64,000 nt of DNA from Candidatus Azobacteroides sp. (GCA_009787405.1 WRGA01000124.1:9706-73705), one strand, 5' to 3'. Positions 52,003-62,127 are shown, counted from the first letter of the stretch. Program-made: numbers and translations. The notes: generated from the letters alone by a model not told the origin.

Positions 52003-52434
52003 ATGTTTGAACCGAAAATAGTCGCATTTGTGTGCAACTGGTGCACATACGCAGGGGCTGACCTGACGGGAACCAACCGGATCAAGTATTCACCCGACGT
52101 AAAAATTATTCGTTTTCCGTGTACGGGACGCATTGATTTTATGTTGCTGATAAAAGCATTTTCCAACGGAGCCGACGGAATCATCGTATCGGGATGCCAT
52201 CCGAACGATTGTCATTATACGTCGGGAAATTTCCATGCACGCCGCCGCTGGACGATTTTCCGCAGTTTGTTGGATTTTATGGGAATCGATGTCAACCGCA
52301 TTACATTCACGTGGGTATCCGCAGCCGAAGGAGCCAAATGGGCCGAAGTGGTTGATTCAACCGTCGAAAAAATAAAAAAATTAGGCCCGTATAAAGAATA
52401 CCGGCCCATTGCTAACGAAATAGTGGAGGAGTAA
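52003..52434 (+). CDS. flxD: MvhD/FlxD-like [2Fe-2S] subunit
   Basis: FVCNWCTYAGAD, PCTGRID, GCHPNDCHY, WVSAAEG. Confidence 0.9.
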   Translation: MFEPKIVAFVCNWCTYAGADLTGTNRIKYSPDVKIIRFPCTGRIDFMLLIKAFSNGADGIIVSGCHPNDCHYTSGNFHARRRWTIFRSLLDFMGIDVNRITFTWVSAAEGAKWAEVVDSTVEKIKKLGPYKEYRPIANEIVEE

Positions 52435-52435
52435 T

Positions 52436-53239
52436 ATGTCGACAATGATCGAAACGGCAAAAAAATTATTGAAAAACGGAGATGTAAACATCGTCATCGG
52501 ATACAGCGAAGGAAGCCAAGGGCGCGTTCGACCGTTTTTCGCGCGCAACGAAGAAGAAGCGGAAAACCTTGTTTACGATAATCGCTGCACGCAAAACCTC
52601 GCCATGTATGTATCCAAGAAAGAAATCTCAAAATACGGGAAACCTGCTATTGTCGCTAATATTCACACGCTTCGCGGAATCATTCGTCTGGCGGTGGAAA
52701 ACCAAATAAAAGACGGTGATTTAATTGCTTTGCATATAAATGACAAAGATGAAATGACAGTTTGCTCCACGTTGGAGGAAATCGAAACACATTTGGCGAC
52801 TGTCACGCCTCAAATCAGCGACGAAGATAAAGTCATGATTGAAAAACTCGATGCAATGTCCCTCACGGAACGCCGGAATTTCTGGGAAAAAGAAATGGAA
52901 AATTGCATCAAGTGCTATGCCTGCCGTCAAGCATGTCCGTTGTGTTATTGCACTCAATGTACGGTGGAAGTGAATCAACCGCAATGGATCCCCGTCGAAG
53001 CAAGCATCGACGGAAATCTGGAATGGCATATTATGCGCGCCATGCACTTGTCGGGACGTTGCATTTCGTGCGGACAATGCGGCGATGCCTGCCCCGTCGG
53101 CATTCCCATTCATCTGCTGCCCATGAAACTGTCCCAAGAAGTGAAAAACATTTACGGAAGCATTTCAGGAATGAATCGCAGTGAAGGCTGTGCAATGGCA
53201 ACTTATCAACCCGGCGACAAAGAGAATTTTATCGGATAA
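52436..53239 (+). CDS. flxC: FlxC-like 4Fe-4S protein
   Basis: CIKCYACRQACPLCYC..C; RAMHLSGRCISCGQCGDACP. Confidence 0.8.
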   Translation: MSTMIETAKKLLKNGDVNIVIGYSEGSQGRVRPFFARNEEEAENLVYDNRCTQNLAMYVSKKEISKYGKPAIVANIHTLRGIIRLAVENQIKDGDLIALHINDKDEMTVCSTLEEIETHLATVTPQISDEDKVMIEKLDAMSLTERRNFWEKEMENCIKCYACRQACPLCYCTQCTVEVNQPQWIPVEASIDGNLEWHIMRAMHLSGRCISCGQCGDACPVGIPIHLLPMKLSQEVKNIYGSISGMNRSEGCAMATYQPGDKENFIG

Positions 53240-53259
53240 CCCGACTCAAACGAAATAAA

Positions 53260-54285
53260 ATGAATACTCAGATAAAAATCCTTAAATCAGCAAACTACAT
53301 TAAGCTGCTGCAAAAACTGTTTGATCATAAAAAAAACATATACGGTCCCGTCCGGCAAGGCAAACGGATCGGTTACCAAAAAATCAATTCGGCAAATGAG
53401 TTGGCGACCGATTTCATCATTCCCGATATGTCGGCCAAGTCGTTTGTTTTTCCGTGTATCGAAAAGCTTTTTTCTTTTACGAAAGATAAAGAAAACGTTG
53501 AAATTCAAAATTTAAACTTAGACAATATTCCCGAAAAAATAATTGTCGGCATTCGTCCATGCGATGCATTAGGAATGAAAAGCCTGAAAGCAATTTTCGG
53601 CCGGGACCCTGCCGATTCGATATTCCAAACCCGGCTGGAGCGCACCACTTTCATCGGATACGCTTGCAACCAAGCGGATGATTACTGCTTTTGCACCTCC
53701 ATCAACGGCGGGCCGGGCAACACCGAAGGAAGCGACATTTTATTGACCAAAACAGATTCAGGCGATTACATTGCCGAAATCATCACGCCGAAAGGAGAAT
53801 CAATCGTTGCATCAGCACCTGAATTATTCGAAGACGGAAGCGGTTTGGACAAACAAAAATATTTGGCGGATGTTCCCAAACGTTTCGACGATTCAAATCT
53901 GGAAAATAAAATGAAGGCGGCTTTTGATACCAATGTATTCGACGAATACGCCATTCGCTGTATCGGATGCGCCGCATGTGCTTATGTATGCCCGACCTGT
54001 GCCTGTTTCGATATTCAAGACAGAACCAAAGGCAGTAAAGGAGAACGCATCCGCACATGGGACAGTTGTGGTTTAAAGCTTTTCACCTTACACACTTCGG
54101 GACACAATCCGCGCGAAACACAAGGAGTACGCTGGAGACAACGTTTAATGCACAAATTCTCTTATATGCCCGAACGCTTGGAAGTGAGAGGTTGCGTAGG
54201 ATGCGGACGCTGCTCCCGCCGTTGTCCCGTCGACATGAACATTGCCGAAAGTATCAATATAATAACCGATGAAAATATTATCTGA
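53260..54285 (+). CDS. flxB: FlxB (AsrA-like) 4Fe-4S protein
   Basis: GIRPCD, CFCTS, CIGCAACAYVCPTCACF, HKF, CVGCGRCSRRCP. Confidence 0.82.
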   Translation: MNTQIKILKSANYIKLLQKLFDHKKNIYGPVRQGKRIGYQKINSANELATDFIIPDMSAKSFVFPCIEKLFSFTKDKENVEIQNLNLDNIPEKIIVGIRPCDALGMKSLKAIFGRDPADSIFQTRLERTTFIGYACNQADDYCFCTSINGGPGNTEGSDILLTKTDSGDYIAEIITPKGESIVASAPELFEDGSGLDKQKYLADVPKRFDDSNLENKMKAAFDTNVFDEYAIRCIGCAACAYVCPTCACFDIQDRTKGSKGERIRTWDSCGLKLFTLHTSGHNPRETQGVRWRQRLMHKFSYMPERLEVRGCVGCGRCSRRCPVDMNIAESINIITDENII

Positions 54286-54329
54286 TCAGCAACATTGACA
54301 GATCAGTAAATGAACACATTAACGAGAAT

Positions 54330-55166
54330 ATGGAACAAAATATATATTTACCGTATCGCATGAAGATTGTGAAAATCACGGAAGAAGCGCCTTTCGTTCG
54401 AACTTTCCGGTTGGAATTTATAAATCCCGAAGAAGGTGAAAAATTTACGTTTAAAACAGGACAATTTGCCGAATATTCCGTTTTCGGCGAAGGAGAATCC
54501 ACGTTTTGCATTGCTTCGCCGCATACGAGAAAAGGTTACGTTGAATGCACGTTTCGTCAGGCAGGACGAGTAACCACTGCTTTATCTAATTTGGAAGAAG
54601 GAGACCTCATTGGTTTTCGCGGACCCTACGGAAATATTTTTCCCATTGATCAATGGAAGGATAAAAATCTGGTATTCATTGCGGGAGGAATTGCGCTTCC
54701 GCCGATGCGCAGCGTAATCTGGTCGTGTTTGGATAACCGCGGAAATTACAAAGAGATCACCGTATTTTACGGGGCTAAAACCGCAAACGATTTAGTGTAT
54801 AAACACGAATTAAAAGAATGGGAAGAACGTCCCGACATAAAACTTTACACCACCGTTGACCCGGGTGGTGAAACTCCCGACTGGAAAGGAGAAGTAGGAT
54901 TTGTTCCGGCTATTGTCGATAAATTCGCACCTACTGCGGAAAATACCATTGCCATTGTTTGCGGCCCTCCGGTGATGATTAAAAATACATTTCCCGTATT
55001 GAAAAAATTAGGCTTCGCCGACGAAAACATTTATACCACGCTCGAAAACAGAATGAAGTGCGGTTTCGGAAAATGCGGCCGTTGCAATGTGGGGAAAACC
55101 TACGTCTGTAAAGACGGACCTGTATTTACGGCAGCTCAATTGGCCGAATTACCGAACGAGTATTAA
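54330..55166 (+). CDS. flxA: FlxA (AsrB/PyrK-like) FAD/NAD(P)H oxidoreductase
   Basis: RGPYGN, IAGGI, CGPPVM, MKCGFGKCGRC...CKDGPVF. Confidence 0.85.
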   Translation: MEQNIYLPYRMKIVKITEEAPFVRTFRLEFINPEEGEKFTFKTGQFAEYSVFGEGESTFCIASPHTRKGYVECTFRQAGRVTTALSNLEEGDLIGFRGPYGNIFPIDQWKDKNLVFIAGGIALPPMRSVIWSCLDNRGNYKEITVFYGAKTANDLVYKHELKEWEERPDIKLYTTVDPGGETPDWKGEVGFVPAIVDKFAPTAENTIAIVCGPPVMIKNTFPVLKKLGFADENIYTTLENRMKCGFGKCGRCNVGKTYVCKDGPVFTAAQLAELPNEY

Positions 55167-55292
55167 GGCATCTAAAACTTTTTAACGTTAAAATCGTTAT
55201 AAATAATAGCAGTCTCAATAAATTTTAATCTTATTAATCAAACTCCGATGCTTCTCTTTGGAAGGAGGAGGGAGCTTTAAAACTAATCGCTC

Positions 55293-55628
55293 ATGGGAAA
55301 ATTTGTTGTAAGTACCCGTAAAAACGGAGAATTTCAATTTGTTTTAAAAGCAGGAAACGGACAAATTATTTTGGTAAGCGAAGGTTATACCACAAAAACC
55401 GCTTGCTTAAAAGGAGTGGAAGCGGTAAAGAAAAATGCTCCGATTGATGAACGATATGAACGTAAAACATCCAAAAACGACAAACATTTTTTCAATTTAA
55501 AAGCAAGCAACGGACAAATCATCGGAACAAGTGAAATGTATGAAAGTAAAGCCGCCTGCGAAAACGGTATCGAATCGGTAAAAAAGAATGCACCCGATGC
55601 AGATGTTGAAGATGAAACCGTAAAATAA
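55293..55628 (+). CDS. YegP/DUF1508 protein
   Basis: Two repeats of F.LKA.NGQII..SE.Y..K.AC..G.E.VKKNAP. Confidence 0.92.
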   Translation: MGKFVVSTRKNGEFQFVLKAGNGQIILVSEGYTTKTACLKGVEAVKKNAPIDERYERKTSKNDKHFFNLKASNGQIIGTSEMYESKAACENGIESVKKNAPDADVEDETVK

Positions 55629-55653
55629 CGGAAAACAAATAATCATTACCGTT

Positions 55654-55983
55654 ATGACCCTCGAAGAACTCCAACGACAAATCGACGACTGGATAAAAGT
55701 ATATGGCGTCCGTTATTTCAGCGAACTGACAAACATGGCTGTTTTAACCGAAGAAGTCGGGGAATTGGCACGAATCATGGCACGTACTTACGGAGATCAA
55801 TCATTTAAAAAAAGCGACGAAAAACACTCGCTGAGCGATGAAATCGCCGATGTGCTTTGGGTATTGGTTTGCATCGCCAATCAAACGGGAGTGAATTTGA
55901 CCGAAGCCATGACAAAAAACATGGAAAAGAAAACGGACAGAGATAAAGACAGACATTTAAATAATAACAAATTACAATCATAA
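55654..55983 (+). CDS. MazG-like nucleotide pyrophosphohydrolase
   Basis: LTEEVGELAR...DEIADVL. Confidence 0.92.
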   Translation: MTLEELQRQIDDWIKVYGVRYFSELTNMAVLTEEVGELARIMARTYGDQSFKKSDEKHSLSDEIADVLWVLVCIANQTGVNLTEAMTKNMEKKTDRDKDRHLNNNKLQS

Positions 55984-55985
55984 AA

Positions 55986-56849
55986 ATGGGAAAATACACC
56001 GACATCTTAAAAGAATATAAATTCAATCTTTCTGACGAAGAAATCAAGAATGAAATTCAAAAATTACAACCGAAAGTCAATAAAGAAACACTCAAACTAT
56101 TGTTCGGGTGTATGGATTTTACCTTCCTGAATACCACCGACAATGCAAGCCATGTCAAAAAAATCACCGAAAAATTAAATGCTTTCGAAAACGAATTTAA
56201 TGAAATGCCCAATGTAGCGGCAGTATGCGCTTATCCTTCATTAATTCAACCTTTGCGGAAATATCTTACGGTAAACGATATTGCAATTGCTTCGGTTGCG
56301 GGTGGTTTTCCGAGCGCTCAAACATTTATCGAAGTAAAAATAGCCGAAACCGCTTTGGCTGTTGCCGAAGGTGCTCAAGAAATAGATGTGGTGATGTCGA
56401 TCGGTAAATTTTTGGAAGGAAAATACGATGAAGTCGGCGAAGAACTGGAAGAAATTAAACATTCCTGCAGAGAAGCCAAATTGAAAGTCATTTTGGAAAC
56501 AGAAGTTTTAACATCAGCCGATATTTATAAAGCCTCACTGATCGCCATGTATGCCGGTGCAAACTTCATCAAAACATCTACAGGAAAACTCTCCGTCGGC
56601 GCCACACCCGAAGCGGCATACATTATGTGCAGAAGCATTGCCGATTTTTACAAAAAAACAAATCTGGAAGTAGGATTTAAAGCGTCGGGAGGAGTTGCAA
56701 CAACATCCGATGCGGTTATTTATTATGCCATTGCGGAAAATATTTTAGGAAAAGAACGGGTGAACCGTAACTTGTTCAGAATCGGTGCAAGCCGATTAGC
56801 CAATAATTTATTAAGCAACATTTATGAAAAAACGATCGTTTTCTTTTAA
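55986..56849 (+). CDS. deoC: Deoxyribose-phosphate aldolase
   Basis: GAQEIDVV, LKVILET, FIKTSTGK, GFKASGG, FRIGAS. Confidence 0.94.
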   Translation: MGKYTDILKEYKFNLSDEEIKNEIQKLQPKVNKETLKLLFGCMDFTFLNTTDNASHVKKITEKLNAFENEFNEMPNVAAVCAYPSLIQPLRKYLTVNDIAIASVAGGFPSAQTFIEVKIAETALAVAEGAQEIDVVMSIGKFLEGKYDEVGEELEEIKHSCREAKLKVILETEVLTSADIYKASLIAMYAGANFIKTSTGKLSVGATPEAAYIMCRSIADFYKKTNLEVGFKASGGVATTSDAVIYYAIAENILGKERVNRNLFRIGASRLANNLLSNIYEKTIVFF

Positions 56850-56861
56850 AAGAAACACGAA

Positions 56862-57839
56862 CTATTTATCTCTTTTAACCAAATATTCCAATAAGTAAAC
56901 AAATGAATTTTTAATTTCCCCTTCGGGCATATCCGAAAGTAAATCAAATGTTTTGCGGCGGTAGTCTTCCATGACCTTTTCGGCATAATCGACACCGCCG
57001 TTTTCTTTTGCAAAATTCACGATTTTCCGAATATTTTCTTCCGAAAAATCTTTATGACTAATGATAGTTATAATTTCCTTATTATCAGACTCTTTACTAT
57101 TGCGAACAGCATATATGAGAGGTAATGTAACCTTCCCTTCTCTAATATCATTTCCGGTAGGTTTCCCGATATTTTTGTCATCAAAATAATCAAAAATATC
57201 ATCTTTTATCTGGAATATGATCCCTATATTTTCACCCGTTTTCCGCATCAACTCCATCTTTTCATCCGAAGCATTTACAGAAGCCGCACCGGCAGTAGCA
57301 CAAGCCGCAAACAAAGCAGCGGTCTTTTGTCTGATTACATCAAAATAAATATTTTCATCTATAATATTCTGTTTAGATACATTTAATTGATTAATTTCGC
57401 CATTTGATAAGTCTCTGCCCAAATAAGAAATAATGCGAAGAATCTGCAAATTATCGGTTTCGGTTGCCAAAGTCAACGAAGAAGCCAAAAAGAAATCACC
57501 GGCAAGCACAGCCACTTTATTATCGAAAACCGCATTGATCGAAGATTGTCCGCGACGTTTCATACTGTCGTCCACAACATCATCATGCAAAAGACTCGCC
57601 GTGTGAAGCAATTCCAAAGAAACAGCCACCTCTGTGGTTTTTTTATTCGGTTCGCCACAAAATTTAGCTGAAAGATAAGTCAACATCGGACGAATTCTTT
57701 TTCCGTTTTTATTAAAAACAAAATCAATAACATCGTTCAACAACACATTATTGCTTTTCAACGTTTCGGAAATAATTTCGTCAAAATTTTTCAGTTCGTT
57801 TTCTATCGGCTTTTTAATTAATAAAAGAAATTCGTCCAT
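56862..57839 (-). CDS. Polyprenyl diphosphate synthase (IspB-like)
   Basis: GKRIRP, LHDDVVD, FQIKDDIFD, GKPTGNDIREGKVTLP; ATG 57839 chosen as start. Confidence 0.92.
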   Translation of the reverse strand: MDEFLLLIKKPIENELKNFDEIISETLKSNNVLLNDVIDFVFNKNGKRIRPMLTYLSAKFCGEPNKKTTEVAVSLELLHTASLLHDDVVDDSMKRRGQSSINAVFDNKVAVLAGDFFLASSLTLATETDNLQILRIISYLGRDLSNGEINQLNVSKQNIIDENIYFDVIRQKTAALFAACATAGAASVNASDEKMELMRKTGENIGIIFQIKDDIFDYFDDKNIGKPTGNDIREGKVTLPLIYAVRNSKESDNKEIITIISHKDFSEENIRKIVNFAKENGGVDYAEKVMEDYRRKTFDLLSDMPEGEIKNSFVYLLEYLVKRDK

Positions 57840-58105
57840 CGGGCATGCAAAATTGAAGCGCAAAATTAGTAATAAAAAGCAGATAAATGCCTTAAATCAC
57901 TATAAATTAAGTTATGAGTTACAAGTCGGTCAAAAAGTATCACACAAACCATTTATGAAAATATATTTGAAAAATTTAACTGAATTTGATGAACGGATTT
58001 TCCCGAACTGTTTCATCAAGAGAAAATAATTCGTAATTTTGTTTTTTACAAATGATGACCATTCGTACGCTTTGTACTTGTTAATCTGTAATGAATAATT
58101 GAAAA

Positions 58106-60895
58106 ATGAATCCTAAAAAACTATTCTTACTTGATGCTTATGCACTGATTTACAGAGCTTATTATGCATTCATTAAAAATCCGCGCGTCAATTCCAAAGG
58201 TGAAAACACTTCTGCCATATTCGGATTTGTAAATACGTTGGAAGATGTTCTGAAAAAAGAAAACCCTTCCCATATCGCGGTTGTGTTCGACCCTGCCGGA
58301 CCCACTTTCCGCCATGAAATATATGAACAATATAAAGCTCAACGCCAAGAAACACCGGAGGATATTCGGAAGGCCGTGCCGGTCATCAAAGAAATTTTAC
58401 ACGCATATAATATTCCCGTCATCGAAGTACCGAAATACGAAGCAGACGATGTTATCGGAACATTATCCATATCAGCCGACAAAGCGGGATACACCGTTTA
58501 CATGATGACTCCAGACAAAGATTACGGACAATTGGTATCTGAAAACAGATTGATTTACAAGCCGAAACATAACAGTTCCGAATTTCAAATCATGGGAGTG
58601 GAAGAAGTAAAAAAACGATTCGAAATCGAAAATACATCACAAGTAATTGATATATTGGGACTTATGGGAGATAAAAGCGATAATATTCCCGGATGTCCGA
58701 TGGTCGGAGAAAAAACTGCCGTCAAATTAATCGAAGAATTTGAAAATATTGATAATCTGCTTGCCAATACGAACAAACTGAAAGGTGCTCTTAAAAAGAA
58801 TATTGAAGAAAACAAAGACATCATTCTTTTCAGTAAATTTTTGGCGACCATAAAAACAGATGTCCCGATCGAATTTCATGAAGAAGATTTTTCCCGAAAG
58901 GATATAAACGAACAAAAATTGAATGACATTTTCGAAGAACTCGAATTTAGAACCTTCATCAACCGAATCATTAACAAAAATAAAATACCTGTTTCTTCTC
59001 CCACGGTAAAAAATATTCCCGTTCAAGGCTCCCTTTTTGATATATTTGAAGGTAACCCGACGGAAGAAAAAAAATATTCAAATCTCAGCGACTTAAGTTC
59101 CATTCCTCACCAATATTATCTAATTGATAATGAAGAGAAAAGAAGCAATTTAATTACTGAATTATCATGTCAAAAATCGGTGGCATTTGACACAGAAACC
59201 ACCGGAATTTCTCCCATCGAATCGGAAATGGTGGGAATGTCGTTTTGTTTTAAAGAAAATGAAGCCTATTATGTTCCGGTTCCGAAAGAAAAATCGGGAG
59301 TACAAAAAATTGTTAATGAATTTAAAGATTTTTTTGCCGATGAAACTATTGAAAAAATAGGACAGAACATTAAATATGACATTCTGATTTTAAAAAATTA
59401 TGAGATCGAAGTAAAAGGTAAATTTTTCGATACCATGATCGCTCATTATTTGATTCAGCCCGAATTAAATCACGGTATGGATTATTTGGCAGAAATATAT
59501 TTGAAATATAAAACCATTCATATCGAAGAATTAATCGGCCCGAGAGGAAAAAATCAGTTAAATATGCGAAACATTCCCGTCGAAAAGGTGGCGGAATATG
59601 CTGCAGAAGATGCCGATGTGACTTTTAAATTGAAAAATATTTTCAAAAAAGAACTTCAAACAAATAATTTGGAATCGCTGTTTTATGACATAGAAATGCC
59701 TCTTTCAAAGGTTCTTGCGGATATTGAATGGACCGGAGTAAAAATCGACACAGATGCGTTGCACAAATCGTCGAAAACACTGACGAAACAAATGACGGAA
59801 ATCGAAAACGAAATTTATGAAATTGCCGAAACAAAATTCAATGTAAATTCGGCGCGTCAAATCGGTGAAATACTTTTCGACAAGCTCAAGATACAGGAAA
59901 AAGCAAAAAAGACGAAAACAGGGCAATATTCCACCTCTGAAGAAGTATTGGAAAACCTGAAAGGAAAACATCCTATCATCGATAAAATACTGGAATACAG
60001 GATGCTCAAAAAATTACTGAGTACCTATATTGATGCGCTTCCGTTATTGATCAACAAAAAAACGGGAAAAATCCATACTTCATTTAACCAAACAGTGACC
60101 GCAACCGGAAGATTAAGTTCCACCAACCCGAACCTGCAAAACATTCCCGTCAGAGACGAAATCGGAAAAAAAATCAGAAGAGCTTTCATCGCCGAAGAAG
60201 AATGCGTTTTTTTCTCTGCCGATTATTCACAAATAGAATTACGGATCATGGCCCATTTAAGCGGAGACGAAAATATGATTTCCGATTTTCTTTCCGATCT
60301 TGACATTCATGCAGCCACAGCCGCAAAAATCTACAAAGTACCGATGAATGAAGTAACACCGGAAATGCGCAGAAATGCCAAAACAGCCAATTTCGGCATT
60401 ATTTACGGTATTTCGGTATTCGGATTGGGAGAACGATTGTCCATCAGCCGGAAAGAAGCACAAGAATTGATCACGGGATATTTCACCGCCTATCCGAAAG
60501 TACGGGAATATATGGACAAAAGCATCGAAATTGCCCGTGAAAAACATTATGTAGAAACGATTCTTCATCGAAAACGATTTCTATCCGATATTGATTCACG
60601 CAACGCAATCGTTCGCGGATATGCCGAACGAAATGCGATCAATGCGCCCATTCAGGGAAGTGCGGCCGATATTATCAAAATAGCAATGGTCAATATATTC
60701 AATCGATTCGAAAAAGAAAAATTCCGGTCAAAAATGATCATGCAGGTACATGACGAATTAAATTTTAATATTATAAAATATGAACTTTCAGCAGCAAAAA
60801 AAATCATCATCGAAGAAATGGAAAACGCCTATCCGCTGAATGCTCCTTTAAAAGTTGAATGCGGAGAAGGAAACAATTGGCTGGAAGCACATTAG
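58106..60895 (+). CDS. polA: DNA polymerase I
   Basis: 5'-3' exonuclease (EADD, DKD), FDTET, TGRLSS, ADYSQIELR, QVHDEL. Confidence 0.97.
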   Translation: MNPKKLFLLDAYALIYRAYYAFIKNPRVNSKGENTSAIFGFVNTLEDVLKKENPSHIAVVFDPAGPTFRHEIYEQYKAQRQETPEDIRKAVPVIKEILHAYNIPVIEVPKYEADDVIGTLSISADKAGYTVYMMTPDKDYGQLVSENRLIYKPKHNSSEFQIMGVEEVKKRFEIENTSQVIDILGLMGDKSDNIPGCPMVGEKTAVKLIEEFENIDNLLANTNKLKGALKKNIEENKDIILFSKFLATIKTDVPIEFHEEDFSRKDINEQKLNDIFEELEFRTFINRIINKNKIPVSSPTVKNIPVQGSLFDIFEGNPTEEKKYSNLSDLSSIPHQYYLIDNEEKRSNLITELSCQKSVAFDTETTGISPIESEMVGMSFCFKENEAYYVPVPKEKSGVQKIVNEFKDFFADETIEKIGQNIKYDILILKNYEIEVKGKFFDTMIAHYLIQPELNHGMDYLAEIYLKYKTIHIEELIGPRGKNQLNMRNIPVEKVAEYAAEDADVTFKLKNIFKKELQTNNLESLFYDIEMPLSKVLADIEWTGVKIDTDALHKSSKTLTKQMTEIENEIYEIAETKFNVNSARQIGEILFDKLKIQEKAKKTKTGQYSTSEEVLENLKGKHPIIDKILEYRMLKKLLSTYIDALPLLINKKTGKIHTSFNQTVTATGRLSSTNPNLQNIPVRDEIGKKIRRAFIAEEECVFFSADYSQIELRIMAHLSGDENMISDFLSDLDIHAATAAKIYKVPMNEVTPEMRRNAKTANFGIIYGISVFGLGERLSISRKEAQELITGYFTAYPKVREYMDKSIEIAREKHYVETILHRKRFLSDIDSRNAIVRGYAERNAINAPIQGSAADIIKIAMVNIFNRFEKEKFRSKMIMQVHDELNFNIIKYELSAAKKIIIEEMENAYPLNAPLKVECGEGNNWLEAH

Positions 60896-60936
60896 AATTA
60901 AAAATTAAGTATTTATTTGAAAGTAAGTATTTTTTA

Positions 60937-61536
60937 ATGAAGGCAAGGTTTTTGATGACAAGTATTTTTTTCTTTTTCTTTGTTTTTTACGAAAAAGCGC
61001 AAAACAAAGAAGGGGAAAATCCGTATATCCATTATTTGGATAGTATTTATATTCATGATACAATTCCGTTAATTTATTTACCGGATTTATATGTTTTCCC
61101 GAAAGTAACTTTCAGGGATAAAGAAGAAGAATTAAAATTTCTTAAGCTTGTAAGGGACGTTAAAAAAACACTTCCTTATGCCAAATTAATATACGGAACA
61201 TTGATGGAAACCTACGAATACATTGAGACATTACCCACACAAAAAGCACGCGAAGCACATTTGAAAAGAATGGAAGCCGATTTATTCGCAGATTATAAAC
61301 CGGTACTTAAAAAAATGTCTTATTCTCAAGGAAGGTTATTAATAAAATTAATCAACAGAGAATGTAACCAAAATTCCTACGATTTGATAAAAGCCTTCAT
61401 GGGAAACGGCAGAGCCGCTTTTTGGCAAAGCATGGGTCTTGTATTCAATATGAATCTAAAAAGCGAATACGACCCGAAAGAAAAGGACAGAGCGATAGAA
61501 GAAGTAGTGCAAATGGTGGAAGCGGGAGTGTTGTAA
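60937..61536 (+). CDS. DUF4294 protein
   Basis: LVRDVKKTLPYAK, SQGRLLIKLI.RE, FWQ; start ATG 60937. Confidence 0.8.
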   Translation: MKARFLMTSIFFFFFVFYEKAQNKEGENPYIHYLDSIYIHDTIPLIYLPDLYVFPKVTFRDKEEELKFLKLVRDVKKTLPYAKLIYGTLMETYEYIETLPTQKAREAHLKRMEADLFADYKPVLKKMSYSQGRLLIKLINRECNQNSYDLIKAFMGNGRAAFWQSMGLVFNMNLKSEYDPKEKDRAIEEVVQMVEAGVL

Positions 61537-61593
61537 ATGTTTCGCAAAAACCGTTTTTTTGACGTATATCCTGTTAAAATTACCAAGTTATTT

Positions 61594-62127
61594 TTACATA
61601 TTATTTAATTTATAAAAAAACTCCCAAATAACAATCCCTCCGGCGATGGAAACATTCAGCGAATGTTTTGTTCCGAATTGTGGAATTTCGACGCACCCAT
61701 GGCAAATATCGATAACCGATTGTTGAACACCTTTCACCTCATTTCCCAAAACAACAGCATATTTTTTGCCGGCAGACAATTGTAAATCATTCAACATGAT
61801 CGATTTTTCAGCCTGTTCCAAAGAAAAAACCGTGTAATCGTTTTCTTTCAAATTATTTACGGCATCTACAGTATCTTCAAAATATCTCCAATTTACGGAA
61901 TACTCGGCTCCTAAAGCTGTTTTGTGAATTTCGGGATGAGGAGGTATCGAACTGATTCCGCATAAATAAACGGCATCAACCAAAAAAGCATCGGAAGTAC
62001 GAAACACAGAACCTATATTATTCAAACTTCGTACATTATCTAAAACAACAACCAACGGTATTTTACCGGTCTGTTTGAATTCATCGATCGAAATCCTGTT
62101 TAATTCGGTAACGTTGAGTTTTCTCAT
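61594..62127 (-). CDS. TrmH/SpoU RNA methyltransferase
   Basis: LDNVRSLNNIGSVFRT, LGNEVKG, IPQFGTKHSLNVS. Confidence 0.92.
   Translation of the reverse strand: MRKLNVTELNRISIDEFKQTGKIPLVVVLDNVRSLNNIGSVFRTSDAFLVDAVYLCGISSIPPHPEIHKTALGAEYSVNWRYFEDTVDAVNNLKENDYTVFSLEQAEKSIMLNDLQLSAGKKYAVVLGNEVKGVQQSVIDICHGCVEIPQFGTKHSLNVSIAGGIVIWEFFYKLNNM

Noticed and set aside
48135-55166. Selenocysteine recoding or methanogenesis in the Hdr cluster
   Set aside because: All frames are open with Cys at the usual Sec positions; no mcr or other archaeal genes; the context is Bacteroidales.
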